Positions 13,438-28,393 of a DNA stretch of 64,000 nucleotides are shown here, piece by piece. Position 1 is the stretch's first letter. Every line of letters starts with the position of its first letter. The position numbers and the translations under genes were made by a program. The stretch lies in NCBI RefSeq assembly GCF_009834535.1, contig NC_045697.1, forward strand, positions 104,658,001 to 104,722,000. The letters are read 5' to 3'. The notes under the pieces were generated by a model. It did no database searches, had not been told where the DNA came from, and saw only the letters and a list, made by a program, of their open reading frames with translations. The DNA comes from Camelus ferus. Taxonomy: Eukaryota.

Positions 13438-14720
13438 TGTCAATGGAAAAAATTAATAGTCAATCTGAGAAAGAAATGGAAAAGTTTATTTGAGCCAAAC
13501 TGAGGCTTATAGCCCAGGAGACAGCCTCTCCGATAGCTCTAAGAACTGTTCCGAAGAGATAAAGGAGGAAGCCAGCACATGTGTGATTTTGGTGCGGGGC
13601 GGTGATACATGCAATCGAGCACACATCTCAGTAGAAGGTTGCTGCTACTCACGAGGAACAGACATCTTAATAGCTTTAGTGCTTACCTAAGTATGTGACG
13701 ATGCAAGAATCCGGGTTCATTAAAGTTTCTCCTGAAAATACCAATTTGAAGGCCCATTCTGCCAGTTTTCCCAGAGCACAGAGTGCCTCATCTGGATCTT
13801 ACCCCCAGTTCCTTTCAGGGTGTAGTGTAGGTCAGCTTTTCAGTGACCACAGTGGCTAATGACTTGATTCTTGTAGAACTGGATGGTGGGCAGCATTCTT
13901 TATTTTACAGTCCCTTCCCTTTCAGTCTTAATTTCTACCAAGGTTTGGGAGGCATTTCATGACAAGTTTGTCCCACAGGCAGGTGAGGATTTTGTTGATA
14001 AGCCACTCAATGTGCTATTACTGGACAAGGCCCTCTTAACAATAGCCAAAAGCCTCTGGACCACCTGTCTCACTAGTCTTTTATGGTCCAGGAAATGGTT
14101 CCGTCTTATTGCTTCTTCCCAGATCTAGAGTCATGCTATTACAATCTTATAGAAAGAACTGTATTGTATATTTGGTCAATCATTTCAAGTCACCTAATCA
14201 TTAATTTTATCTGAGGCTCAGTCATACATTTGGTAATGCAAAAAACAATAATCTTGTAAAACAGACAGAATACAAGTAATATAGTTAGTAACATTAATAA
14301 GGTCATAAGTATTTGAGCTAAGAACTTCCTTTAGGTGCGGCCCAGTATCTCCCCAGGTCATCTGACCACTCTGTTCAGCACCAGTCACTGTCTTTAAGGG
14401 AAACGATATATTGGCATTGTGCATAAAATTCACCAAAGATGTCTGTACTTAGAAGGCAAGTGATGGGTCATCGTGACCCTTTCACAATTGAGAAAGGATG
14501 TTATCTTCTAAGGCATTACATGACTGGTGCCAGAAGGAGAAAAAGTGATGTTTATGGTTGCACAGGTACTCCTGCCAAAGGGGAGGGAGGTCTGGTTATG
14601 ATGCAGGTGCACAGTGCACACTAGAGGGGACGGGGGAGGCCACAGGACTGAGAAAGTTTTTTGTGTGAATTTTTCTTGTCTGGCCTTAAGATGTGAATTT
14701 TATTTCATTATTGATTTCAA
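13438..14720 (-). mobile_element. ERV remnant: 3' LTR (13438-13909) plus adjacent internal sequence
   Basis: On the minus strand a polypurine tract (aaagggaaggga) lies just before TGTAAAATAAAG; LTR ends in CA at 13438; related LTR at ~62920-63350. Confidence 0.7.
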
Positions 14721-15067
14721 CTGTACTTTTTAAGTACCACCAGGTTTTAAGGAAAAATTTCAGTTCTGCAGTCTCCCCAGCTAACACCCTGAGCCAAATT
14801 CTCATCATGTATTGCCAGGGCTCTTCTGAACACACCTGCCAAAGTATCCAGTTAAAACATTAAGTCACATTATGTGTGGCCTTTTCTCAAAATTTTCCAT
14901 TCACTCCTAGTCCCAGATTAAAAGCCAGTATCCCTGACTATGGCATCAAGGCCCAGCATGACTTGATACCCACCCCAGCACCCCACCTCCCGTCCTCCTT
15001 GGACTTTCTCTCCTCAGTTCCTGAGCCTCTACCACACCAGGATCTAACACGATATATATTTTACTTA

Positions 15068-15205
15068 TTTTATAGAATTTATTTATTTTGAGGGGTGGGG
15101 TAGTTAGGTTTATTTATTTATTTTGGAGGCAGTACTGGGGATTGAACCCAGGACCTCATGCATGCTAAGCATGCGCTCTACCACTTGAGCTATACTTGCA
15201 CCCTT
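15068..15205 (-). mobile_element. tRNA-derived SINE (Vic-1-like)
   Basis: tRNA-like A/B boxes (tatagctcaagtggtagagcgc...gggttcaatccccagtac), AT-rich tail, 11-bp TSD tattttactta at 15057-15067 and 15206-15216. Confidence 0.85.
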
Positions 15206-15239
15206 TATTTTACTTAACTTTATTTTCTCCTTCTGCCCA

Positions 15240-16300
15240 AGTGCCTGATACTTAATAAATGATTATTTGAGTCCCAATAATAAATCAGGCTTGTATTCTA
15301 ATATAGTTAGAGAAACTGCACCTACTTTCATGGAACTTAGTGGTGGAGATGAACACAGCCAACAAAAACAAATCAATAAAATAAAATTATATAAAATGCT
15401 ATGGAGGAAACTAGAAAAGATCTAAGAAATGAACAGGCAGGGCAACATTATTACACATCTTCAAAAGACAACTCTAGCAGCCTATAGAAAATTAAGTGGA
15501 CGTGGAGAGATGCTGGAAGGCTCTTTAAAGTAGTTCAGAGGTATTGGGTGCCTGGGCTATAATGACTTTTGGTGCAAGTCAGAATGGCAGATATAGAGAT
15601 GGAAAACTGAATTTTAAGTATCATTGGAAGTGAAGAAACAGGACCTGATGGTGGATTGGACTGGGGAGGAGAGGCAGTGAGAGAAATCAAGAAGCACTCT
15701 GAGGTTTATGTCTAAACCACAGGGTAAATGGTGATGCTAGTGACCAAGATGGAAAATCGATGGATAGGGACAGGTCTGAGAGAATTTGAGTTCTTCTTTG
15801 GACATTTAGGTATATCGTGTGGGCATGTCAGCTGTGCAGTTGGACATGGAAGTCGAGGGCTTGGAAAGGTTCGAGCTGCAGATACAAGTGTAAGAGTTGT
15901 CAGAACAGAGATGGTGTTTAAAGACATAAGGATGGATGAGATTATAAAGGGGAAGAAGAAAAGGCCGAGGACCTAGCACCAGCATTTAGAGGTCAAGTAG
16001 AAGAATAAGAACTTAAAAAAAAAAAAAAAGAAAGCAGCAGCCAGTGGGGAATAGAGTGCTGGGAGCCAGAACAGGAGATTGTCTCAAGAAGGACAAAGTG
16101 AACAGTCTGGTGCCGCTGAGACGCCCATTGATTTTCACAAGATAGGAGGGTCATTTGCAATGCTCATCCTGGTTTCAATGGAGGTGTCGGCCGGAGCTAG
16201 AGGGTGTTGTTTGAAGAATCAATGTGGAGTGAAGAAGAGGTATCAGGATATGAAGACAAGTGTTTGTTCATTTTGTTTGTTTTGAGTATTTTGACTCAGA
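15240..16300. mobile_element. Degraded L2 LINE
   Basis: Purine-rich L2-like motifs (gagttcttctttggacatttagg, aggatggatgagatt, agcatttagaggtcaagtagaagaa). Confidence 0.55.
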
Positions 16301-19194
16301 GGGCCTGAAAAATGAATGGCACAGTACATAGAGGAGTGTGGATTAAGGCAGGGTTTTTTTCCCCCTGTTGTGTTTTTTTTTTGTTGTTGTTGTTGTTAAG
16401 GTGTTAGAGACACTAACTAGTGCGTGTCCCTAGGATAAGGTATAATTTAATTTAATCTTCTTTAAAACCCTGAAGCATAGGAATTATCCCTATTTTACAG
16501 ATGGGAAAACTGAGACACGTAAGTGGCAGAAGTACCACTGCACTAAGTGCTTAATATACAATCTCCTTATCATCCTTTTCATCATTATTCCCTAGATGAG
16601 TTTATGTCTTTAAAATGCTTAACACTGTGCCCGGCACATGGTAGGTGCTCAATAAGCCCTAATTACCACTGTTGTTTTTAAAATATCATCACTGTTATTG
16701 CAGAGTGGCTGTTTCTTGTGGAACAGCATTTTAGTTGGGATTAGGTTTTCAATGGAACACCTAAAGCAGAGTTATGTGCCTCTGATCGAGCACTAGAAAA
16801 AGTAGTTGGCATATTAAGGGACAGTTTTATATGAAAAATCCTTGTTTTTTAAGCACTAGAATCACGGTGCTCACACAGGGGGAACTGAGGTTGTAGAAAG
16901 CTGCAGGTTTAGATAGCCCGTCCCATGCCCATGGTGGGGCACATACTCACAACTGGGGAGGCATGATGACCATGTGCGCTGTTCAAACCGTGTCTCTCCC
17001 TCTCTTACTCGACTGAGCACATATAATAGAGGTCACAGAAGCTCAGTGCACCTGTGATGTCACGTTGCTCTGCAGTCATCTTGCCCCACCCCTGTGGTCT
17101 TATGTCCCAAGTAGCTACTCCTGTTTCCCGGAGGAGGATTGGGCGCAGAAAGCACCGTCCTGTTTCTCTCTACTTTGAAAGCTTTTGGCTGATGGACACT
17201 TAACTCACTCCTGGATGCTTGTTTTTAATGTTTTTTTCCCCTTCCTCTCTACTTTCTTCAAGTTACCTTAGGAAAAAAAGCTACACTACTTATCTCCTTG
17301 TTTTGTGAGCAAAAAAACCCTACTCGTGGCTGATAAGTTTAATATTAATGAGATCCTCCTATCAATGTGTCTCCAGTGTGAATAATTTATTTAGAGGTAA
17401 ATGTAAATTAAATTAAAATAAATGTAATAATCATAATAATATCTATAGATTCTAGAGTTATTTTATTATCATGTCACCTAAATATGTACACACATAAAAT
17501 AGGTTAAATTTCTTATGCATATAGCTTTTTATATAGCTCAAAAATCAAAACAGTTATAAAACCAGTGATTCAAATTAGTGGCATTAAGGCGAGCAGATGA
17601 TGTTTTTCTGAAACTAAATTGCAGTGTAAAACTGGTACTAATTCCATGATGCAAGATTTTTTACATTTGGAATCACGCTACTGAAATGACTCAATTTTCC
17701 AGTCACTTGTTTTATGATCATTTGAAAAAGAGTTTTCTTCCTTACAGCACACTGAGGATGCTTGGCCTTCATTAGTCACAAGCACATCATGTTTCTCTTA
17801 AGGCTACCCCCAGGTTCTACCTTTTGGCACTAAGGTAACCACACAAACAAATGTGGGCATTAAACTTACTTGGCAAGACTGTTCTTAATGATCACATAAT
17901 AAAGAAGGCCTGGAGTATCTGATGATGATGACATCATCATTAAAATGAGCCCTGAATCTTAAATGAAATTGAGCCAAGCAAAAATCTCTGGAAAATTATT
18001 GCTCAGACATTCTTTTCAGAACCTTCACCTCTACGTATTTGCTTTTGACTTACTGCTTTGATTAACCTCCAGCAGTCAGCAAGACTTCTGTATCTGCTGT
18101 CACGTTTTCCATACAGTTTAATATAGAAATTCATTGTAAAAATACATTGGTTCTCTATACTTTTCTTTTCTACTTCTTTAATCCTTGACCCTTGATGGAG
18201 AAAAAATCTTGTGCAAAACAGTAAAAACTACAAGTTGCAGGCATCAGTTCTATTCTCATGAACTGTTCGAACTCAAGTACTAAAAATACTTTCCTTTTAT
18301 GACGTTTTATTGTCAGTGTAAAGAAATACAACAGGTCTTTATGTTACCAGGTACTAAAAATGCCCACCGTTTTACTTTAAAAAGTCGGTATTTGCATTTT
18401 TTATAATCAAAAATATTCACATTCTTCAAGGCAGGAGTACAAATTAATATAAAATTCATTCCCAGTGGCCCCTCAGGCCACTAAATTTGTTTTTACCAGA
18501 AAACAAGTAGATTACTTCAGCCCTCAGGATGGGGTTGTTCAAAGTGTATTTTGAGGAATTGAGCTTTTAAAGGATAAAATATTGATCAGAAGTTGAAATT
18601 AAATCTTAAATCTTAAAAAAATGTAGTGTCCCAAGTTGATACTGTTGTGTGTAAGAGGGGCAGCACGTATCAGCACGGTTCCCCTGGACAGCATTTGTGG
18701 CAGTGCTTAGCAAGTGGGAGGCTTAAAAGACAGGATGTGTGTAAAGAGCTTAGCCAAGTATCAGGCAAATAGTCAGCACTCACTCTGTTCTACTGACATG
18801 CTGGGCAACAATAAAATTGACAAAAAATGTTGGTAGATTTTGATCTAGATATAAAAGCAAAGGAATAAACCAGAAAAAGATTTTTAGATTTGACTTGCAG
18901 AAAGTTTTAAAACTTCTGTACATCTTCAGTTACAATAATCAAATATAAAAGGCAAATAACAAGCTAGGGAGAAATGACATGATGTTAATGTTTTAATGCG
19001 TAGAGCCCTGTTACAGAAGGCCCCACGAGGAAGGGTTCAGCCTCATGAGGAAGAACCCTCCCCTTCCTTCCGCAAAAGCAGAAAATAGGCTATTTATTGA
19101 AGAGAAATAAAAATGCCACTAGTCACTTGGAAAATATTGAGCCTCATTAATAATAAAATAAATTAAAATTTTTAAATATAAATATTTTACTTAG

Positions 19195-19380
<186 letters not shown>

Positions 19381-19477
19381 TAAATTTTCATTTGTTTTGA
19401 TTCTACTAGTGTTGTGTTGGCTTGTCTCATAAATATGATGTAAAATGTTTTAAATTTATGTTTTGCTTTCCAAATAG

Positions 19478-19514
19478 GATTCTTTGGATGGTACCCATAT
19501 ACAGTTTAGATAGT
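19478..19514 (+). CDS. TMEM184C: TMEM184C coding exon 3
   Basis: ILWMVPIYSLDS; 37 nt; AG/GTAAGT. Confidence 0.96.
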
Positions 19515-20239
19515 GTAAGTATGCTTCATTTTATCTCATTAACTAAGAACTTGTTTGATGATACTAACATAATTAAGGTAATAAAAATATGTTATTTGGC
19601 AATAAGGAGTTAGATTAGTAAGTGAAAATGTTCGCTTGTATTTAATGTTAATTAAGAAGATAAAGTATAACCATAGAAAAGGCAGATGTTTTAAAAATCT
19701 ATAGCTTGTTTTCTTTGCTTAATCTTTTAAAATTTCGGATTTGTAGTTCTTAGTCCTTTAAAGATGTAATATTTAAAATTACATTGTCATCCTTTTTATT
19801 TATTATATATTTTATTTGGACCAAAACAGAAACCTTCCCTAATAGATTCTAATACATGCAGCTGTTACAGATAACTGCTTTAATTTGATTAAATATAAAG
19901 AAAATATCCTTAACATCATTTTCTGTGATCGTGTCAGTAAAAATTTTGGATTATATTTAAAAATTCAAGTACATAATTTAACTTCTCTCTTCATGTTCAT
20001 TATTTACCCCCAACACAAATGTTTTTGTTTACCAATATCCAAGATGTTTATTGCTTTTAAAAACTCATTTCACAGATTATCTGCTAGTCCTCATAATGAT
20101 AAAATTTAGAAAAGTTGATGCAAGTATGTGACAAGACACCTTAAGTTTAAAAGTAGACTTACTGTGAGTACCATGCTTTGGAATGGTAATTCATTTTATC
20201 GTAGCTGCAACTATTTTTAACATCTGTGCTTTTTCATAG

Positions 20240-20446
<207 letters not shown>

Positions 20447-21649
20447 TAAGTATGTTTGGTTTTAATTCTCTCATGTTTGGGATTGCTTAAGCAGATTGAA
20501 GTATCATTATTCTGCAAAGCAGTGTGTTAAGTACTTATGCAGGACAAAAAGTGTAAGAGAGTCCCTACCCTTACGTAGTTCATAGTCAAGTTTGAAGACT
20601 AACAAAACACATTTTTATAATATACACATGTAAGTTAGTCTCTTTTACATTGTTCATCCTAAGTAGAAAACTTAAAATATTAATGGGGGAGGGAGACTTT
20701 GGAAATCGCTTAATCAACATCCTTTTAAAATTGGGAGCCAGAGTCTGTAGAGATTAACTAACTCAAGATCACATAGTTAGTCGATGGCAAAATCAGATCT
20801 AAGACCCAAGAAAATAGTCTAGGTGGGGAAGTAGCATTTGATATGAAATAAAAACAACAAACAGCAATCTTTATCCTAGTGATATATAAATTAGTTAGCC
20901 TTATTATACATCTATTTAGGACAGTAAAGGAAAATAAAAAATAAAGCCTGAAAACTTTACTTGAAGCTAGCATTGCATTTACTATACGAATGAACCATTG
21001 GATATTTGTCGGCAAGGTAACATTTGAAGACAGCATTTTAGAAAGATTAATCTTGCAGTACTATACAGGATGCATTAGGAGAAGAATCCAAAGGGGAAGT
21101 AAATTAGGAGGGTATTATAGTAGTTGATTTGTAAAATAAGCTGAAGAGGAGGCGTATGAAATTGGAACAGAAAGGAAAGAGTAAGAGAATGCAACTGGAG
21201 AATCAATAGGACTTGGTCACCGATGGGGATGTAGGTGAAAGTTGCAAGCCAAGGTAACCGGAATGATTTGGAGCAATTAGTGTAGATATATGACCTAGGA
21301 ATAGCTACACTGTCTTCCATTCAACACAGAACCATTTGTACAACATCAGCACTAAATATAAGTGTCTCTCCTTAAACCCCTGTAAGGACAGGGAGCTACC
21401 TGACTGTTTGAAATAATAAGCTCCCAAGGTGTTACTTGACAAATATGTATTGAGCACCTAGTATGTTCCAGCATGTAGATATATCCTAGTACATATAACA
21501 GGTAGCTACAGTTTGGTTAAGAGGATTAGGAATTAAATGAAGACAAATAGTTACTCATTTCAGTAAACACTATGATGGAAAAAGAACAAGAGTTTATGAA
21601 TGAGGATAGCAAGGAAACACTCATGTAGGTTGGGGATGGGGGGAGGGAT

Positions 21650-22018
21650 ACTCTGCTCAGCTCCAAACACAACAAGAACAAACAGACATTCATAGCCAAA
21701 GAGATTGAGGTGGTCACTGGACAGAAAATACAAGAGGAAACATCAAGGGTAGGGGGATTCATGGCCCATGAAATAACAAGAATCTTGGTAAAGGCAGGCC
21801 AAGTGAACATCAAGAGAGGAATGAGGAGCTTGGTCAAGTAGGTTATCAAGAGTAATCGGATACTGGGGTGGGGGGACGGGTGGTGATGGATGTCTTAGCA
21901 GGATTTTTTACTGAGACTGACTTCACAGGCCAAGGACAGGGCCTAAAGATGATGCCAAGTTGAAAAGAAATGTCAGAGGAGCCCTGTCTGAAGTTTGGTC
22001 AAGGAGAGAGATTGTCAA
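21650..22018 (-). mobile_element. MER31-like ERV1 LTR fragment
   Basis: gaggaaacatcaagggtagggggattc and cagaggagccctgtctgaagtttggtcaaggagagagattgtca resemble recalled MER31. Confidence 0.6.
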
Positions 22019-22949
22019 GTGAGAAGCCACTGTAGGATGTTAAGCGGAGAACTGGTATCCAAGTTTCATTTTCTAAGCTTACTGGGCTCTTTGTAGACTG
22101 AATTGGAAGTGGGCTTGGATGGAGGAGAGTGCAGTGGTCCAGTAAATGTGATAATGCTGATGATGCCGTGGCTTTGATCAGGACTCTTCTATTAACACAG
22201 AACCTGAGATGAGGCTCGAGCTGCCTTTTCAGGCTGGCTCATCACAGTTTGCAATGGTCAACTAAAACCCAAAACCTTTTTCAAATGATGCTAAAGGTCA
22301 AAATTCCCCTTGTCTGTGCTTGTGCAATTCATTTGTTCCTAACCACACAAGCAGTTAACATTTATTCTTGTTAATCTCTGTGTTGGTTTCATTTTTTTTT
22401 CCTGAGATAGCTGCTGCCTGAACACTATCAGCAGTGCATCCGTAACTATAACCCAGGTTTTCTGTCCTTTGAAGACATTAAGCATTTACCAGAATCATGC
22501 GGTTTGGGGGTATGGTTTTAGTAACGATAAAACTTCTCATTCTCTTGTATGTAAGTACATTGTAGGTTACCAGTTAGTTTCCTTCTCCTGGAAGACTGGT
22601 GTTATATATCTGATGTTTAATCAGGCTGTTGCTGTTTAGGATAATTCAGTGTGATGCTTTGGTTTAAGATGCAAATGCCATGGGGAGTTTCCTATCCTTA
22701 GATGATAAAACTAAATCTGCTTTTTATGTTCTGGTTTCTGTAACATAAGCAGTGAGCACAAAGAGTTTTCTTTGAATGAACGTTAGATGTTGTGTATGAG
22801 AGGTGGGGACCATTTATTTTACCTAGTGATTTAATACAGTTATGAAAGAGATTTTCTCATGAAACAGTACTAACTCTTATTACGTATTCCCTTCTTCCCT
22901 CTTGTTTTTAAAATTTGCGTCACAGCCCAAGTTGAATTTGACACAGTTT

Positions 22950-24220
22950 GAAAAAAATTGCTCTGGGGCATATACCTTGGAATAGATATGCTAGGTTTTT
23001 AGGTTTTGTTCAACTTTGTTTGTGATAAATTGTTTGCTAGAGTGGCAGTACCAGATTACTCTCCCATTAACAGTAGAAAATATTTCTCAGTGAACCACAA
23101 CTTCACCTATATTTAGAAATACCCAGACCTCTTTATGTTTGCCTGTCAGGAGGGTGCAAAGTATCACTGTGCTCTTGATTTCCCTGATTAGTAGTGAGAT
23201 TGAGCAACTTTTAAAACGTTTTTTAGCCATTTGTATTTCCTTTTCTAAGGAATGATTGTTGCTGTTTCTGATTTTTTTTAATGGGCTGTCTGTCTGTAGG
23301 GGATCCTTATATGTTTAGATACTAATTCCTTATTTAATGTGTGTTTAAAAATATCTTTTTCCAGTTTTTGGCATGCTTTGGCACTTTTATTATATCTTTT
23401 GATAAATGGAAGTTGTTGTGAATTTTAATATAGTTGAATTTATCAGTCTTATTTATAGTATTTTTGTGTCTTACTCCAAAAATTCTTCCCAGCCACAGGA
23501 TTACAGAAACACTCTCCTGTGCTTTTCTTCTAAACATTTCATATTTTTTCCATTAAGACTAATAAACACATTGCTTTTTTCTTCATATGTTGTGTGAGGT
23601 AGGAATGCAATTTCAGTTTATTCCATTGGCTCACTTAAAACTTCCTTTAGTGTCAGTGTCTCAGTAGCAAATTTTCTCAGATATACTTATCCAAAAGTGT
23701 CTTTATTTTGCCCTCATTCTTGAAAGATAGTTTTGCTGGATGTAATTCTCTGCTGACAGGAATGTTTTCTAAACATTTTGAAGATTTTTATCCCATCTAA
23801 TTCTGGCTTTAATTGTTACTGTTAAGCCTCTGCTGTCAAGCTAATCATCGTTCCACTATAGGTGACATGTCCAACTGCATTTTTAAGACCCTCCCTGTCT
23901 TTGATGTTTTGCAGTTTCACTCTGGATTATGTAAGTTATTTTGTTTTTGTTTTCAGTCCTGCTTAATTTACAGTGTGCCTCAGTCTGTAGATTCGTGTCT
24001 TCAATCAGTTCTGAAAAGTTCTCAGCCATAATCTCTTCCAATTTTGCCTTTCAGTCCTCTTCTATAACTTTGAGTGCATGTTAGACCTTCTGATTCTGTT
24101 CTGTTCTTTGTAACTCCCTTTCACATTTGTCTCTTTGTCTCAGCCTTTCCTATTCTGGGCAATTTCTTCAGCTACACCTTCCAGTTCATTAATTCTCCAC
24201 AGTTTTCAAAGGTATCTGAC
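22950..24220 (-). mobile_element. Old L1M fragments
   Basis: T-rich antisense L1 ORF2-like sequence (gatttccctgattagtagtgagattgagc, attcttgaaagatagttttgctgga). Confidence 0.65.
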
Positions 24221-25250
24221 TATTTAATACATTTGCATAGTCACCATGGTGGTCTCAGGTTTGATTTGATGATCAGCTTGTGGAACACTGTAGGTGTAAC
24301 CCAACTCCCACTTAACTTACTTTGTAAGGAGTGTGGGGCCGGAAGCACGGCATGTATGGCCCAGGCATCCTGATCACAAGGTCTTGCAAGAAGCCCAAGT
24401 GCAGCCCCGGGCCCACCTCTGCAGAGGGGTGGGAGTGAACCACCTCAGCACCGGGAAGGCTCTCAGCACACAGGACACCAACAGTTTTTTGTTCAGTCCT
24501 AGTGACCTAGTACCTCACAGTCTGTATGTCAGACTCACCTTCGTCTCAGTATCGATGTAATTCTTAAATTAGAGGATTTGTAATACATAAGATTGATAAA
24601 GGAGTGCTACATAAACTTTTGCCCTCAGAGCAACTTGGTTTTTTAAAGGCTTACTTGCACAAGGCTGTCGGGTAGAGAGCCTTTTTTTTGGTAGTTGATG
24701 TTTTGGAACTTCTTTGTTTTGTTTGTTACTCCTCGTGAATTTCCCCCGTACATTAAGTGACTTCAGTGATAGAATAAAAACTGTTTTATGCAGGATCTTT
24801 GTTTTGTCCTTTCAGAGTATCTGATTCAGAGCTCAGAGTCAGTGATAATCTCTGGAATGATACAGAAACACCAAGCTTGAAAAGAAACTGAATCCTAAAT
24901 GTAAATAATACTTTCTAAATATGCTTTCATATACACAAGGCTACACGTAATTTATTTGCTGCTCAGTTTTCTTCCAGAACCACACAGGCACCCCCACTTC
25001 TGTTCTTCGTTCTTCTCTGCTGTGCTGTTCAGGAACTTGAGACTGTGCTCAGAGAGGGAGATCTTTCAGAAGATGCAATTGTTACATGATTTTTAAAATA
25101 TATTTAAATAACTTGTTTGCGGGCATCCACATTCTTTCCCAATAGCCATTTAGAATGACTGAATTAAAAGGATTAAATATAAATCTGGCATCATTTGTCA
25201 AAGTGATTTTAATTTGGGGGCTTTGGAGAAACCTGATACAATTGAAATGA

Positions 25251-25364
<114 letters not shown>

Positions 25365-26391
25365 TAAGTAAAGTTATATTATTATTCATTTTTTTTTTAA
25401 ATCCTCATGCTCTTACTTAAGTGGAAACAACTGAGTAGAAAAACATGTAAAAAGTGTTTTGTATGTAACACATCTAGTCTGTTATAAAAAAAAACTATAT
25501 AGAAACCATGCTATATTAGAATAAATAAGGTGACCTTTCATAGAATTCACTACAGAATTCTTCAAAATAATACTCTCTCTAGAGATTTTTAGAAAGCATT
25601 TTAAAAATACTCTTCTTCAAGTATTAATGTTCACACAGTTTTACAGAAACATCTAGTACATGACATTAAAGTAAACCATTTCAGAGTCATTGCATGGTTT
25701 TATTTTCTAAATGAGTACTGTACTCTAAAGAAGAAGTCATAGTTTTCTTTTTAAAAAATCCTGTCAAGGCATAGCACTTAAGGTTAAATGGGGTATCATT
25801 AAGCTACCTAGTAAAACTATTCCCTAAAAATTTAAGAGCATCAGGTAGTTTAAAGCAGGTAGATTGCATGTTTTATCTGCTAGTTACAACCAACAGTCTG
25901 TCTGCTCACAGGAAGGATGGGAAGAGAGGTAAAGGAAGCCTTCAGTTCTCTGTTCTGCTTTTATGCTGGCAATTTTTCAGACATTGACCTTGGCATTAAG
26001 ACTAATTCACTTATTTCTGAAGGCATGCTTTATTTCTTGGCTATTTAGAAATTGGGTAATCAAATAACTTAACACTTAGATCTGGGTCATAATTGAAGTT
26101 GCCTCCAAGACAGTTTGGGAGATAAAATTACAGTTGTAGTTGGAGGCCTGCATTATATGTTTGTAACAATCAAGCTTTTGAGAAACTGGCAGCATAATTT
26201 GTTTGCCTCTAATAATTAACCCATTCTAGTTCAGTGTATGTGTCTTTTGGATTTACTTCAAGCTGGAGAAATAATCATATGGTAACATTTGTGGAAAAAT
26301 GTTTTCCTTTTAAATTTTGAACCACCTTTATCACTGGATAATCTATCAAGTGATTATCTACAGGATCTTTTAAACTGACTTCTGAATTTAA

Positions 26392-26592
<201 letters not shown>

Positions 26593-28279
26593 TGAATCAG
26601 TGTCCATAACTCTGAATTTTTTTAGGGAAAGTTTCTTCCCGAATAAAACTTACTGTTACTTTTTAATATTGAAACTTGATTTGCAGGAAGAACTTGAAGA
26701 ACCTTTAACATTTATCTTTATACATACATAAAGATACAATATCTTTGTTAGTTATTTGCTGACTTAGACATTGACCTGACTGTTAACTTATACATTGATT
26801 GTGTGTTTTCATTTGGTTCTGGTATCGAATGCACTGTTATGTGGATATGTCATAAATAAAAACACAGTGCTCTCCTTAAAAAAAAAAACCTTAGGCATAT
26901 TTATAAGAAAAATATTTAATTGGCATATGGCGGTACCGGGTTTGAATCAAAATGAGAGAATAAAAGTCTCATATTTGGAATAAAAAGAAAACTGAGAAAG
27001 CCAAGTTTTTTTAACAAGTGCTATTTTTTTTTAAAAAGATTAAAATGATGTTATAGAAGCTGAAATGCTTTAAAGATCTAACTGTTGGATCCCTTCAACT
27101 TAAGAGTGTGCATTTTATTTAAAATTTTTAATCAATGCTTTCAGCAAGGTAGTAGTTTCAGTGCAGTGATATGCATGTGTGGTGTTAGAGGTTTATAATA
27201 AAAATTAAGTTCCTGTGTATTCAAAGCTTTCTCACACGTCCATATTCTCTGGAACCAGTAACTCCATTTCTGGGAATGCCTCCTCAAGAAATGGTCAGAA
27301 GTACTTTTGCTTTGAATATTTTTGTATATAAAGCTTATTGTTTGTAATTGCAAAAGCCTGGTAACAGTCCGAAGCCTAGTAATCAGGACTGGTTAGATAT
27401 ACAATGGTCCTTCCACCGGCCCAAACACTAGGCAGTTATTTAATGAAATATGTGGAAAAGGGGCACTTTAAGTGGGGGGAAAAAATCAGGCAACAAAATT
27501 TTATATTTAGTTGATGATACCTGTTAAAAACCACCTTATGGTGTGGAAAGGAATGGTTGGATGGTGGGCCTGTGGACAACTTTATACTTCACTGCTTTCA
27601 TATTCTAAAGTACTTTAAATGAACATTTTATAATGGGGAAAAGTAAACTTTGAGGAGAATATTTATTGCTGTGCACGCTACACTAATTACAACTTATATC
27701 TAAAAATAGTTAATAATGTCTTGAGCATTTATCTTTAAAAAGTAAATTCAGCTGGATTAACATACTGCCCTCAAGAAAAATTGTTTCCCTGATTCCTTTC
27801 CAATTTTATGGTCACAATTTTATTGAAATAGTACTTATTTAATGTGTTGACTTATAAATAACATGCAGATGGTGTTACTTAAGATAGACTATAGTTAGTA
27901 AGCTCAACCCTTATAAAATGAATGGTAATTTGTGTATAAAAGTCATTAATAAGCAGACAGATGATTTTATTTGGTCGAATGAGAGCCTTTTCTTCCATTC
28001 ATGGCAGTCACTTATTCACTGTGTTTTTTGTGGGCCCCAGTAAGTGAACACTTAAAACAATTTTCAGGGAAGATGTTTCTCCTCTAAGAAATTTCATATT
28101 ATATATATTCATCCACAGAAAACTATAAAAGCTTGTTAATCTGAAAAAAAAAGCATAATAAAGCCTAGAAAATGTTGCCTGAAACTTTATTCTGTACCAG
28201 GTCTCTGGTTTATAACCTGAATATTTCTAATATCATATTTGTTCTTATTGAAGAAGTTTAATTGTTTAATTGTTTCTAG

Positions 28280-28393
<114 letters not shown>

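Noticed and set aside
16964..17017. ATGATGA...CTGA resembling C/D-box snoRNA boxes
   Set aside because: Too short (~54 nt), no terminal stem and no recognisable guide sequence
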